Origin: Aquifex aeolicus VF5
Lineage (GTDB): Bacteria; Aquificota; Aquificia; Aquificales; Aquificaceae
DNA length: 32,000 bases
Assembly (NCBI RefSeq): GCF_000008625.1
Contig: NC_000918.1
Location: 1,110,001-1,142,000 of the forward strand
Reading direction: 5' to 3'
Both the position numbers and the translations under genes were made by a program. The notes beneath the pieces were generated by a model. That model worked only from the letters and a program-made list of their open reading frames with translations. It was not told where the DNA came from and ran no database searches. This document shows positions 9,543 to 18,971 of this stretch, piece by piece (the first letter of the stretch is position 1; the number at the start of each line of letters is the position of its first letter).

Positions 9543-10099
9543 TGGTGAGGTTGATAAGTTTCTTAACTCTGGCTTCTACTTTTGCTTACGCGGGTGAAGG
9601 ACATTTGGGACACTCCCCCGGAGCGCTGATCTGGAAAGGGCTCAACATACTCGCGTTCCTCGGAATAGTTTACTACTTTGGAAAAAAACCCATAAGCGAA
9701 GCCTTTAACAAGTTCTACAACTCAATAGTGGAGAGCCTCGTAAACGCAGAAAGAGAGTTCATGATGGCAAGGGAGGAACTTTCAAAAGCTAAAGAGGAAC
9801 TCGAAAATGCGAAGAAAAAGGCACAGGAATACGAGAAACTCGCAATAGAAACCGCGGAAACGGAAAAGAAAAAGATACTCCAGCACGCCCAGGAAGTTTC
9901 CGAAAGGATAAAGGAAAAGGCTAAGGAGACGATAGAGATTGAACTGAATAAAGCTAAGAAAGAACTCGCCCTTTACGGAATACAGAAGGCTGAAGAAATA
10001 GCAAAGGATCTTCTCCAAAAAGAATTCAAGAAGTCCAAAGTTCAGGAAAAGTACATAGAGGCTCAGTTAAAGCTCCTGGAGGAGAGGAAGAATGCTTAA
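9539..10099 (+). CDS. atpF2: ATP synthase F0 subunit b (second copy) with N-terminal signal-like sequence
   Basis: MVRLISFLTLASTFAYAGEGHLGHSPG then TM and b-type coiled coil 'EAEREFMMAREELSKAKEELENAKKKAQEYEK'. Confidence 0.9.
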   Translation: MMVRLISFLTLASTFAYAGEGHLGHSPGALIWKGLNILAFLGIVYYFGKKPISEAFNKFYNSIVESLVNAEREFMMAREELSKAKEELENAKKKAQEYEKLAIETAETEKKKILQHAQEVSERIKEKAKETIEIELNKAKKELALYGIQKAEEIAKDLLQKEFKKSKVQEKYIEAQLKLLEERKNA

Positions 10100-10637
10100 G
10101 AGGAAAGAACTCGCAAGGAAGGCTGTAAGGCTCATAGTAAAGAAGGTTCCAAAGGAAAAGGAAAGCATCTTAAAGGTTGACGAGTTCTTAGGAACCCTTT
10201 CCACAGCTTACAGGAAGGACAAACTCCTGAGAAACTTCTTCCTGTCGCCCCAAATAGACAGAAACGCAAAGGTAAAAGCCCTCGAGTCACTTGCGAAGAA
10301 GTACGACGTTCCGAAGGAAGTTCTCGAAGTTCTCGAGTACCTCATAGATATAAACGCCATGGCTCTTATTCCGGAGATAAAGAGACTATACGAATTAGAA
10401 CTCGAAAAGCTCATGGGAATGCTTAAAGGGGAACTCATACTTGCAAAGAAACCCAGTAAAAAACTCCTAGAAAAGATTACAAAGACCATAAACGATATCC
10501 TAAACAGACAGATAGAAATTGAAGTAAAGGAGGACCCTTCCCTTATAGGTGGTTTTGTCTTCAAGACGCAGGCTTTCGTTCTGGACACTTCTGTTAAAAC
10601 CCAGCTTGAAAAACTCGCAAGAGTTGGAGGTGTTTAA
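10092..10637 (+). CDS. atpH: ATP synthase F1 subunit delta
   Basis: RKLARKAVR...FFLSPQIDRNAKVKALESLAKK...EIEVKEDPSLIGGFVFKTQAFVLDTSVKTQLEKLA. Confidence 0.95.
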   Translation: MLKRKELARKAVRLIVKKVPKEKESILKVDEFLGTLSTAYRKDKLLRNFFLSPQIDRNAKVKALESLAKKYDVPKEVLEVLEYLIDINAMALIPEIKRLYELELEKLMGMLKGELILAKKPSKKLLEKITKTINDILNRQIEIEVKEDPSLIGGFVFKTQAFVLDTSVKTQLEKLARVGGV

Positions 10638-11066
10638 ATGGCCGTAGAGAGGACACTCATAATAGTGAAACCCGACGCTATGGAAAAGGGAGCTCTCGGC
10701 AAGATCCTGGACCGCTTCATTCAGGAGGGATTCCAGATAAAAGCTTTAAAGATGTTCAGGTTTACCCCCGAAAAGGCGGGAGAATTTTACTACGTCCACA
10801 GGGAAAGACCCTTCTTCCAGGAACTCGTTGAGTTCATGTCTTCTGGTCCCGTGGTTGCAGCTGTACTGGAAGGTGAAGACGCAATAAAGAGAGTAAGGGA
10901 AATAATAGGTCCTACGGACAGCGAAGAGGCGAGAAAGGTAGCTCCCAACTCCATAAGGGCTCAGTTCGGCACGGACAAGGGTAAAAACGCCATACACGCC
11001 TCAGACTCACCCGAGAGTGCACAGTACGAGATCTGTTTCATATTCTCCGGTCTTGAGATAGTATGA
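10638..11066 (+). CDS. ndk: Nucleoside diphosphate kinase
   Basis: MAVERTLIIVKPDAMEKG, FIQEGFQI, and the active-site region NAIHASDSPESA. Confidence 0.98.
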   Translation: MAVERTLIIVKPDAMEKGALGKILDRFIQEGFQIKALKMFRFTPEKAGEFYYVHRERPFFQELVEFMSSGPVVAAVLEGEDAIKRVREIIGPTDSEEARKVAPNSIRAQFGTDKGKNAIHASDSPESAQYEICFIFSGLEIV

Positions 11067-12186
11067 AGCTTTTTAACTTCAAAGGGGAAAGGGTATTCAC
11101 GCCAGGTCCAGTAGAGATACCCGACAGAATAAGGGAAGTTTTAGGCAGACAGATAATACACCACAGAACTAAGGAGTTTACGGAAGCCTTTTTAGAAACG
11201 AGGGAGCTCTTTAAAAGACTCGTTGATTGCACTTCCGAAAACTTTGTGTTTTTTGCATCCTCGGGCACGGGGGCTATGGAAGCTTCCGTTCAGAACTTCT
11301 TTAATCCCGGAGAGAAAGTTCTTGCCGTAGTAGGCGGAAAGTTCGGAGAAAGGTGGGCAGAGCTCGGAAGAACCTGGGGCCTTGAGGTAGTAGAACTTCA
11401 GGTAGAGTGGGGAAAGAGCGTAGACCCCGATCAGGTGGAAGATATCCTGAATAAAAATCCCGAGATAAAAGGTGTTCTGGTTCAGATGTCCGAAAGTTCC
11501 ACGGGAGCCTACCACGACGTAAAAACCCTTGCCAAGATAACAAAAGACAGGGATACACTCCTCGTAGTTGATGCGATAACGGCTCTCGGTGTGTACAATA
11601 TGAAGCCCCACGAATGGGGACTTGACGTAGTGGTGGGAGGTTCTCAAAAAGCTTTCATGCTTCCACCCGGGCTTTCAATGCTCTGTTCTCCGAAAAGGCG
11701 GAAAAAAGGCTAAACGACAGGGCTTATTACTTTTCCGTAAAGAAAGAAGTTGAAAAGCAAAGGGAGGGACAAACCGCTTACACTCCCGCAATAACCCTTA
11801 TCCTTGCCCTGAGGGAAGCCTTAGAAATGCTGCTGGAAGTGGGAATGGAAAACGTTGAGAAAAAGTACAGCGCGATGGCCAAAGGAACGAGAAAGGCACT
11901 CGAAAGTATAGGTTGCAGAGTTTTTCCCGAATATCCTGTAATCTCCTTGAGTACATTTCTTCCCCCCGAAGGCGTTGGAGCAGATGAACTCAGAAAAAAA
12001 CTCCTCTCCTTCGGTGTCAGAGTTGCGGGTGGACAGGGTAAGTTAAAAGGAAAAATTTTCAGGATTTCCCACATGGGTATGGATGTTCTGGATATGGTTC
12101 ACGCAATATCCGCTGTGGAACTCGCCCTCGGAAAGAGGGGAGCCGTAGATATTTACCTTGACACCGTTTCGGAAAAACTTTCATGA
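11063..12186 (+). pseudogene. PLP-dependent aminotransferase (serine-pyruvate / alanine-glyoxylate aminotransferase-like), split by one frameshift near 11680
   Basis: Part 1 (11063-11713) FTPGPVEIPDRIREVLG...VDAITALGVYNMKPHEWGLDVVVGGSQKAFMLPPGLSM; part 2 (frame of 11827 ORF, open from 11680) ALFSEKAEKRLNDRAYYF...YTPAITLILALREALEMLL...GHMGMVH-type C-term. Adding one base gives 375 codons. Confidence 0.85.
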
Positions 12187-12204
12187 TACTTTAAAATTTT
12201 CACT

Positions 12205-12519
12205 ATGAACGAGTTCAAGGCTTTCCTCGAAGTTGTAAGCAAATTCACGGATCTCAAGTGGGGAGATGTACGCGACGACCTGATTTCAAGGAGTATAAAA
12301 GTTCTGAGAAAGTACAGGGAAGGAAAAACACCTGAAGATCTAAAAAATTCTAAACTTATTTTAGGGATTGAAGATTTTTACGAAAAACTTTACGAAATTT
12401 ACAAGGAAAACCCACAAAGCATTGAAAAATTAACGGAGGCTCTAAGTTCCTTCATAAAAGCTCCCGTTCCCTGCAAACTGAAAATAATAAACATAGTAGA
12501 AACATTACTTAAGGAGTGA
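12205..12519 (+). CDS. Hypothetical protein
   Basis: 104-aa ORF from ATG 12205 directly after the aminotransferase; overlaps tail-to-tail with fliI. Confidence 0.6.
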   Translation: MNEFKAFLEVVSKFTDLKWGDVRDDLISRSIKVLRKYREGKTPEDLKNSKLILGIEDFYEKLYEIYKENPQSIEKLTEALSSFIKAPVPCKLKIINIVETLLKE

Positions 12520-13782
12520 GTAAATTTCGTCAAGAGCCTTTAAGCTTTCTTCAAAATTCACCTTCTCTTCTGGTTTTTGTTTAAAAAAGCTTTCCACTTT
12601 TTCTAAGTTATTTATAACTTTGTCTACCAGAGGATTTGAACCGCCCTTGTAAAGTCCTATCCTCACAAGCTCCTCCACATCTTCAAACTTACTCAGAACT
12701 TCCTTAAAGAAGTTTGCCTTCATGAAGTGCTCTTCACTTACAAGCTTTGGCATTAGACGGGAAAGACTCCTTACTGGATCAACCGCCGGGAAAAGTCCCC
12801 TTACGGCTCTCTTTCTGGAAAGTATTATGTGACCGTCGAGGACTCCCATAAGCGAGTCGGCTATTGGATCTAAAGATATATCGTCTCCCTCTACCAGAAC
12901 TGTGAATATTCCCGTTATACTTCCCTTCTTGAAAGCTCCGCAACTTTCCGCTATCCTCGTGAGGAGCTGAAAAACAGAAGGAGTAAAGCCCTTCAGGGTA
13001 GGAGGTTCTCCCGCGGCAAGTCCTATTTCCCTCTGGGCTAAGGCGAGCCTTGTAATAGAGTCCATCAAAAGCAGAACGTCCTTCCCTTGAGATGCAAAGT
13101 GGTGGGCGTGAACAACAGCACTGATAGCCCCTTTTACCTTCAAAATAGGGGATTGATCCGCGGTAGAAACCACCACGACGCTCTTTTTTAAGCCCTCTTC
13201 TCCCAGAACCTCCTCTAAAAACTCCTTTACCTCCCTTCCTCTTTCTCCGATAAGGGCGAGGACCACAACGTCCGCTTTTGAGTGCCTCGTTATCATTCCG
13301 AGGAGCGTACTCTTTCCCACTCCTGCTCCTGCAAAAATCCCTATCTTCTGCCCTTTTCCTAAGGTAAACAGGGCGTTTACGCTCCTAACGCCCGTATCAA
13401 AAACTTCTCTAATCCTTTCCCTATATAACGGGTTTATCTGGGGCAGTTCTAAGCCCTTTTCCTCAACAAATCCTATAAAACCACCGTCCAGAGGATTTCC
13501 GAAGGGATCAACCACTTTTCCTACTACGCCGTTTCCCGTCTTGGTGGAAACGAGCTCGTTCTTAAGCAGGACTTTATCCCCTTTTCTGAGTCCAAAGACT
13601 GGTTCGTAGGGCATTACGAGGACTTTATCACCGCTAAAGCCTATTACTTCCCCCCTTATCCTCCTGCTGTTGCTCTGTATTTCCACTTCGTTTCCTATGT
13701 TCGCAAAGGGGAGTATGGCTTCCAGGTATATTCCTTTCGCGGAAACGATTTCTCCAGAAACTTTAAGCCCTCTTAAATACAT
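12505..13782 (-). CDS. fliI: Flagellum-specific ATPase FliI
   Basis: GKGQKIGIFAGAGVGKSTLLGMI Walker A, LIGERGREVKEFLEEVLG, LLLMDSITRLALAQREIGLAAGEPP. Start at MYLRGLKV (13782) more likely than the ORF extension to 13836. Confidence 0.95.
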   Translation of the reverse strand: MYLRGLKVSGEIVSAKGIYLEAILPFANIGNEVEIQSNSRRIRGEVIGFSGDKVLVMPYEPVFGLRKGDKVLLKNELVSTKTGNGVVGKVVDPFGNPLDGGFIGFVEEKGLELPQINPLYRERIREVFDTGVRSVNALFTLGKGQKIGIFAGAGVGKSTLLGMITRHSKADVVVLALIGERGREVKEFLEEVLGEEGLKKSVVVVSTADQSPILKVKGAISAVVHAHHFASQGKDVLLLMDSITRLALAQREIGLAAGEPPTLKGFTPSVFQLLTRIAESCGAFKKGSITGIFTVLVEGDDISLDPIADSLMGVLDGHIILSRKRAVRGLFPAVDPVRSLSRLMPKLVSEEHFMKANFFKEVLSKFEDVEELVRIGLYKGGSNPLVDKVINNLEKVESFFKQKPEEKVNFEESLKALDEIYSLLK

Positions 13783-14446
13783 CTCCGAACACCTTTTCAA
13801 ATACGATTTTTGCAAATTCCTTCGGATCCCTTTCAACGGTAAAATGTTCTCCCTTTATCCTAAAACTTCCCTTCTCAAGGTCTTTGTCCTCCAAAACTTG
13901 AAGGTTTATGCCCTCCGCTTTTAAGTTTTCCTTCAGGGATTTGAGTTCGTCGTTTAGATACCTGAGATCCTCCGGGTTTATGTAAAGCTTTAAGTTAGTT
14001 TTAAACTTTATAAGTTCGTCTATTATGTTCCTGAGGTCTTCCTTTAAAACTTTTACCTGAGGAACGTAGTAAGAAAACTCAAGAAGAAAAGTCTTTAGGA
14101 ACTCCTCTACCTTTTCCCTGTACTCTTCCTTCAAGTTTGATAGGTATTCTTCAATACTTTTCGAAAGACTTAAAGAAATACTCCCCTTTTCTGAAAGCTC
14201 GTTCAGTCTTTGTTCAAGTTCTTTTATCTTCTCCTCTCTGTTTTTTATTTCAAAATACATTTTTTGTTTTTCCTCTTCAAAGCTGTCCAATTTTTCTTCG
14301 TAAGACCTAATGGTTTCTAATAGCTTTTCCCTCTCTTCAAGTAATTCTTTTATTACCTTTGAGCAATCCTCTTCGTCCTTTTCTTTCTTCTGGTTTTCTT
14401 TTTTTAAGAAGTCCTCCCAGAGGGGTTTGAAATCCTCACCGCTCAC
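13763..14446 (-). CDS. fliH: FliH-like flagellar export ATPase regulator
   Basis: Long coiled coil followed by FliH/HrpE-type C-term 'LKINPEDLRYLNDELKSLKENLKAEGINLQVLEDKDLEKGSFRIKGE'; directly upstream of fliI; GTG start. Confidence 0.8.
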   Translation of the reverse strand: MSGEDFKPLWEDFLKKENQKKEKDEEDCSKVIKELLEEREKLLETIRSYEEKLDSFEEEKQKMYFEIKNREEKIKELEQRLNELSEKGSISLSLSKSIEEYLSNLKEEYREKVEEFLKTFLLEFSYYVPQVKVLKEDLRNIIDELIKFKTNLKLYINPEDLRYLNDELKSLKENLKAEGINLQVLEDKDLEKGSFRIKGEHFTVERDPKEFAKIVFEKVFGDVFKRA

Positions 14447-14465
14447 AAGTATAAATAATAAAGTT

Positions 14466-14672
14466 ATGTTTCAGTGTTTTCTATTCTTCTTAGCAGGTTT
14501 TGCATTCGGATTTCTCTTAGCTGTAGCCCTAATAGTGGGAATTACCTTAATTCCCTTCATACTCCTCGGAGTCCTTATCTTTATGGCGTACGCTTACTAC
14601 AAGTACAGAAAGGAACAAAAGCGAAGGGAAGAGATACTCAGAAGGTATTACGAGGACCTTTGGGAAGAATAA
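14466..14672 (+). CDS. Small membrane protein (68 aa, two hydrophobic segments)
   Basis: MFQCFLFFLAGFAFGFLLAVALIVGITLIPFILLGVLIFMAYAYYKYRKEQKRREE; ATG at 14466. Confidence 0.55.
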   Translation: MFQCFLFFLAGFAFGFLLAVALIVGITLIPFILLGVLIFMAYAYYKYRKEQKRREEILRRYYEDLWEE

Positions 14673-14682
14673 ACTAATTACT

Positions 14683-15633
14683 ATGAACTTCAAAAAGGGA
14701 GAGGTAATTCTCGCACCTATGGCCTCTTACACCCACTCCGCATTCAGGAGACTTTGCAGGAGACTGGGAGCGGATAGAACTTACACGGAACTTATAAGTG
14801 CGGTCGGTGTCCTCAGAAACGGAATTCCCATGAAGCTCGCTTACTTTACAGAAGAAGAAAGACCAATACATATTCAGGTTTTCGGAAGCAATCCGGAAGA
14901 AATAGCACAAGCAAGCGTTGTAATAGCGAAAGAATTAAAGCCCGACTTTATAGACATAAACTTCGGATGTTCTGTTCCCAAGGTTCTGAGAAACAAAGCT
15001 GCCGGTTACATGCTCCAGTGTCCACCTCTCATGGGAGAAGTGGTAAAGGAGACTGTAGAGGCGTTGAAGCCCTACGGTATTCCCGTTTCTGCAAAAATCA
15101 GACTTGGTTTTGAAAAGGACGAGGTGGAGAGGATAGTAGAGGAACTCCAGAAAGCGGGAGTCTCTTTAATAGCTATTCACGCGAGAACCGCAAAGCAGGG
15201 ATTTAGCGGGAAAGCCCTCTGGCACAGGATAAAGGAAGCCAAAAAGGTTGCAAGCGTACCCATAATAGGGAGTGGAGACGTAAAGAGCTGGAGGGATATC
15301 GAGAGAATGTTTGAAGAAACGGAGTGCGACGGTGTTATGGTGGGGCGTGCAGCCCTTTCAAACCCGTGGATATTTAAAGAGTTCAAAGAAAAAAGGGACA
15401 TAGAGGTAGGTCTAAAAGAGAGAATGGACTTTATCCTTGAAGAGCTTTCTATGATGACGGAGTATATGAGCAGGGAAAAAGCGTGTGCGGAAATAAAATC
15501 TCAAATAGTTCAAATACTCAAAGGTGTTCCCAATTCAAGGGAATTGAAGACCTACATAGTGCATGCGGAAAACTGCAAGGAACTTGTAAAAAGGATAGAG
15601 GAGGCGAAGGAGAGGGAATTACTTTATGCCTAA
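14683..15633 (+). CDS. dus: tRNA-dihydrouridine synthase
   Basis: APMASYTHSAFRRLCRRLGADRTYTELISA, DINFGCSVPKVLRNKAAGYML, IPIIGSGDVKSW, GVMVGRAAL. Confidence 0.95.
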   Translation: MNFKKGEVILAPMASYTHSAFRRLCRRLGADRTYTELISAVGVLRNGIPMKLAYFTEEERPIHIQVFGSNPEEIAQASVVIAKELKPDFIDINFGCSVPKVLRNKAAGYMLQCPPLMGEVVKETVEALKPYGIPVSAKIRLGFEKDEVERIVEELQKAGVSLIAIHARTAKQGFSGKALWHRIKEAKKVASVPIIGSGDVKSWRDIERMFEETECDGVMVGRAALSNPWIFKEFKEKRDIEVGLKERMDFILEELSMMTEYMSREKACAEIKSQIVQILKGVPNSRELKTYIVHAENCKELVKRIEEAKERELLYA

Positions 15634-16086
15634 GGTAGTCTTGGGAGTTACGTAGTCTGCAAGTGCCGCTATACCACCTTTCAGAGCGTAAACGTTGTCA
15701 AAGCCCGCACTTCTGAGGGCAAAGGTTGCTGCTATTGCCCTTGCACCTGAGCGGCATATTACTATAACCTTTTTATCCCTCGGTATTTTCTTAAGATTTT
15801 CAGGTTTAAAGAGCTTGTCCATAGGGATGTGCAGGCTATTTTTGTAGGTAAGTCCCACGATGGATTGTTCCGCTTCCGTTCTTATGTCGAGGAGAACTAC
15901 GTCCTCACCTTTCTTTATCATTTCTACGACTTGCTTGGGTGTTACCCTGCAGGGAGACTTTGCGAGAGTTTCCTGAGTCATCTGGCTGAACATCTTGTCG
16001 TACTTCTTGATAAGAGCCTCGTCAACTCCGAAGGAAAGTCCTCCGAAGCTAACAACTGCAAGTGCAACTGCCAAGTACTTTTTCAT
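15619..16086 (-). CDS. Exported rhodanese-like protein
   Basis: Signal peptide MKKYLAVALAVVSFGGLSFG; rhodanese VVLLDIRTEAE and active loop VICRSGARA. ATG 16086 preceded by AGGAGGTG. Confidence 0.9.
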   Translation of the reverse strand: MKKYLAVALAVVSFGGLSFGVDEALIKKYDKMFSQMTQETLAKSPCRVTPKQVVEMIKKGEDVVLLDIRTEAEQSIVGLTYKNSLHIPMDKLFKPENLKKIPRDKKVIVICRSGARAIAATFALRSAGFDNVYALKGGIAALADYVTPKTTLGIK

Positions 16087-16121
16087 CTTACCCACCTCCT
16101 TTATAAAGATTTTCGAATATT

Positions 16122-16127
16122 ATTATA
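16122..16127 (-). promoter_or_regulatory. Possible -10 element (TATAAT) for the rhodanese gene
   Basis: TATAAT on minus strand 36 nt upstream of ATG 16086; -35 not convincing. Confidence 0.35.
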
Positions 16128-16887
16128 CACTGATAATGTAAGTTAGAATTTGCTCCTTAAACACTATTCCGATAAAAGCTCCAAGGGAAAGGAAAGGCCC
16201 GAAAGGCAGGGCAAAGTTCATACTTTTGTGCCTGATTATCATGGGAAGAGCGTAAAGAAGTCCCAGAAAACTCCCTATAAAAAGGGCTGAAAACACTCCG
16301 TAAACTCCGCTCACAGAACCTATAAAGCCAAGGAGTATGACATCCCCGAAGCCCAGTCCTTCTATTTTCCTGAACTTCACGTAGTAAAGGTATATAACGA
16401 ATGGGATAAGTACTCCTACAACCGCTCCTATAATGCTCTCTTTTGGTGTTATATCTTGCCTGAACGGGGAAACAAGAATACCTAAAACCAGACCTCCTAT
16501 GTTTATCCCGGGCGGGAGTATGAAGTAGTACCAGTCTATTATGGACATAACGAGGAGTGCGGAAAAGAAGAAGTAGTAAACGACTCCGTCAACGGAAAGT
16601 CCCCACTTGTAATAGGAAAGCACCGCTAAAAAACCCGAAGCGAGCTCCACTAAAGGATAACGAGGAGGTATTTTTTCCCCGCAGTGTCTGCACCTTCCCT
16701 TTAAGATCACGTAAGAAATTAAAGGAATGTTGTCGTACCACTTTATAGGTGTTTTACACTCCGGACAGTGAGAAGAGGGAAAAACTATAGATATATTTCT
16801 CGGAAGTCTGTATATAAGGACGTTGTAAAAACTCCCCAGAATTAAGCCGAAAAGGAAAACAGCCAAGTAGGGCCAAAATTCCTTCAA
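16123..16887 (-). CDS. pilD: Prepilin peptidase (A24 family)
   Basis: [56 protein letters not shown] zinc motif; [13 protein letters not shown] and GLGFGDVIL aspartate motifs. Confidence 0.95.
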
Positions 16888-17750
16888 GCGGTTTGCACCT
16901 CTCCTCTTTTAAAGAGTTTTTGCATATCCAGAACAAATGCTGAAGCCACAAACACGGAGGAGTAAGTTCCCACTACAACGCCCACAACGAAGGCAAACAT
17001 TATGTTAGAAAGGGCGTATCCGCCGAGGATAAAGAGCGTTAACGCCGTTACCAGAGTGGTAAGAGAGGTCATTATAGTTCTGGAAAGGGTTTGGTTTATG
17101 GAAAGATCCATTATCTCTTCAAGGGTAAAGCCTTTCTTCTTTCTTAGGTTTTCCCTTATCCTGTCAAAAATAACGACTGTGTCGGCAACGGAATATCCTG
17201 CAACCACGAGAATTGCGGAAACTACTTCGAGGTTTACCTCACGCTGAGTAATGGAGTAAGCTCCGAGAACAGTGATAACGTCGTGGGCGAGGGCGAGGAT
17301 CGCGCCAAATCCCCAAACTGGTTGAAATCGCACTCCTAAGTAAAGGAGTATTCCTCCGAGGGCCGTGAGTATGGCAAACACCGCTTTTTTCTGAAGCTCT
17401 TCACTCACCACCCCACTTATTGTTTCCTTCCTGATTAACTCGTACTTTCCGAATTTCTTAAGAACATCCTCCAGTTTTTCTACAGGCTCTCCCGTCTTTA
17501 CTTTTATAACGAAAGTACCTTCCTTCGTTTCCTGAATTAAAAATCCCTTTATCCCCGCGGAAGAAATTGTTTTTCTGAGTTTACCTATGTCCACACTCTT
17601 TTCAAATTTAACTTCGTAAAGAGTTCCTCCCGTAAAGTCCAGACCTAAGTTAAGTCCACGAAAGAGAAGAGAAAGGAGACTTATTAAAATTAGGAGGGCG
17701 GAAACCCCGTAAGCTGCCTTCCTTAACCTTAAGAACTTTATTTGTTTCAC
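16884..17750 (-). CDS. secF: Protein translocase subunit SecF
   Basis: [62 protein letters not shown]. Confidence 0.96.
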
Positions 17751-18346
17751 AGGTACTTACACCCCGTAGAAAGGAGTCCGTAATTTCCACCTCTCTTTCT
17801 GTAGAGAATTTTGAGCTGCCCGTCTGCTATGTCCACGAAGGGTATGAAGTACGCGTGTGTTTCTTCAAGTTCCGCCTTTGCGTCTTCCACGCTCATGGGT
17901 TTATCAACAACGAGTTCTTCTTCCACTATTTCGGGCCTTTCTCTCTCTTCGGGAGCGAGTTCTGCCTCGTGTAGTTTTTCTTTAAACTTCCTCGCTTCCC
18001 TGATGTACTCATGTCTCCTTTCCTTGAGTTTTACGAGTTGTTTTTCAAGCTCGTCAAGGGCCTTGTCTATGGCTGTAAAAACGTCTGTATCCTCTTCCCA
18101 TGCGTGTATTGCTCCGTGGGGAACGTTCTTCAGATAAAGATGAAGGTCTACCCTGTAAAAGGTCGGGAGGCTATCACCTGCGTAGTCTTTCTGCCTTGAC
18201 CTCGTGGAGGATATAGCTACAACCGCTTCAACTTCGTCTTCTCCGACTTCCTTCAAATATCTCTTGAACCTGTTTAACTTACTTTCAATAACGGCTTTCA
18301 TCGCTTCACTTATGTTTACGTCAACGCCTCTGTACTCAATATTCAT
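17747..18346 (-). CDS. hpf: Ribosome hibernation promoting factor, long form
   Basis: [31 protein letters not shown]...; C-term [44 protein letters not shown]. Confidence 0.92.
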
Positions 18347-18620
18347 CTCTTTCCTCCGTAATTTTGTACTTTTTCCAGACTCTATTATTAAGTATAACCT
18401 CAACTTCCCTAACGTCCTTCTCTACTTTTACCTTTTCCTTAACTATAACCTGCGGACACAGTTTACCTTTTTCTCTGCCGAGAAATACTTTGACTTTTTC
18501 GTTTTCTCTGGAAATCTTTTCCACGTAGTGACAGGGACTTGGCTTTTCTATTGTAAGAGTTTTATAAGCTCCCGAACACGCCATAACGCTTGATAAAAAT
18601 AAAAGCCCTAATTTATCCAT
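18336..18620 (-). CDS. Putative small lipoprotein
   Basis: 94 aa; lipobox-like LSSVMAC after hydrophobic N-term; overlaps hpf start. Confidence 0.55.
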   Translation of the reverse strand: MDKLGLLFLSSVMACSGAYKTLTIEKPSPCHYVEKISRENEKVKVFLGREKGKLCPQVIVKEKVKVEKDVREVEVILNNRVWKKYKITEERDEY

Positions 18621-18971
18621 AGGTTTATTTTAGAATTTTCTTTAAGGATTAACATTTCCTGATTAAGGTCATAAAATAATTTCAGGAATTGTGATATTCA
18701 TCTTTTTCAAGGGCTTAGAGAAAGGCCCTTATGGCTCCTTGGCAATTGAATAGGGCTTATGGGTCTTAATAAGTGATGCTTTAATGGTGTGATGAATTGA
18801 TATCATTATGCAATAAAGCTAAAGGGATTGAAAATTAAGGGCGAAAACTTTATAAAGGTATACTCAAGTTTGCAGAACCTCAGGTTAGCGGAAATTAACA
18901 TTCATTTCGTGAAGGTTAGAAGTTTAATAAGTTATTGATAAAGCGTTATTTTTTAGACACAGGCGCGCAGG

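Noticed and set aside
10208-10588. 126-aa antisense ORF opposite atpH
   Set aside because: Ser/Phe-rich translation typical of the reverse complement of a charged coding gene; atpH on plus is strongly supported.
13782-13836. N-terminal extension of fliI ORF to 13836
   Set aside because: Extension lies within the fliH coding end and has no FliI-like character; MYLRGLKVSGEI is the plausible N-terminus.
18751-18770. Possible sigma54 promoter (TGGCAATTGAATAG...) in the intergenic region
   Set aside because: Spacing and the -12 GC element do not match the -24/-12 consensus.
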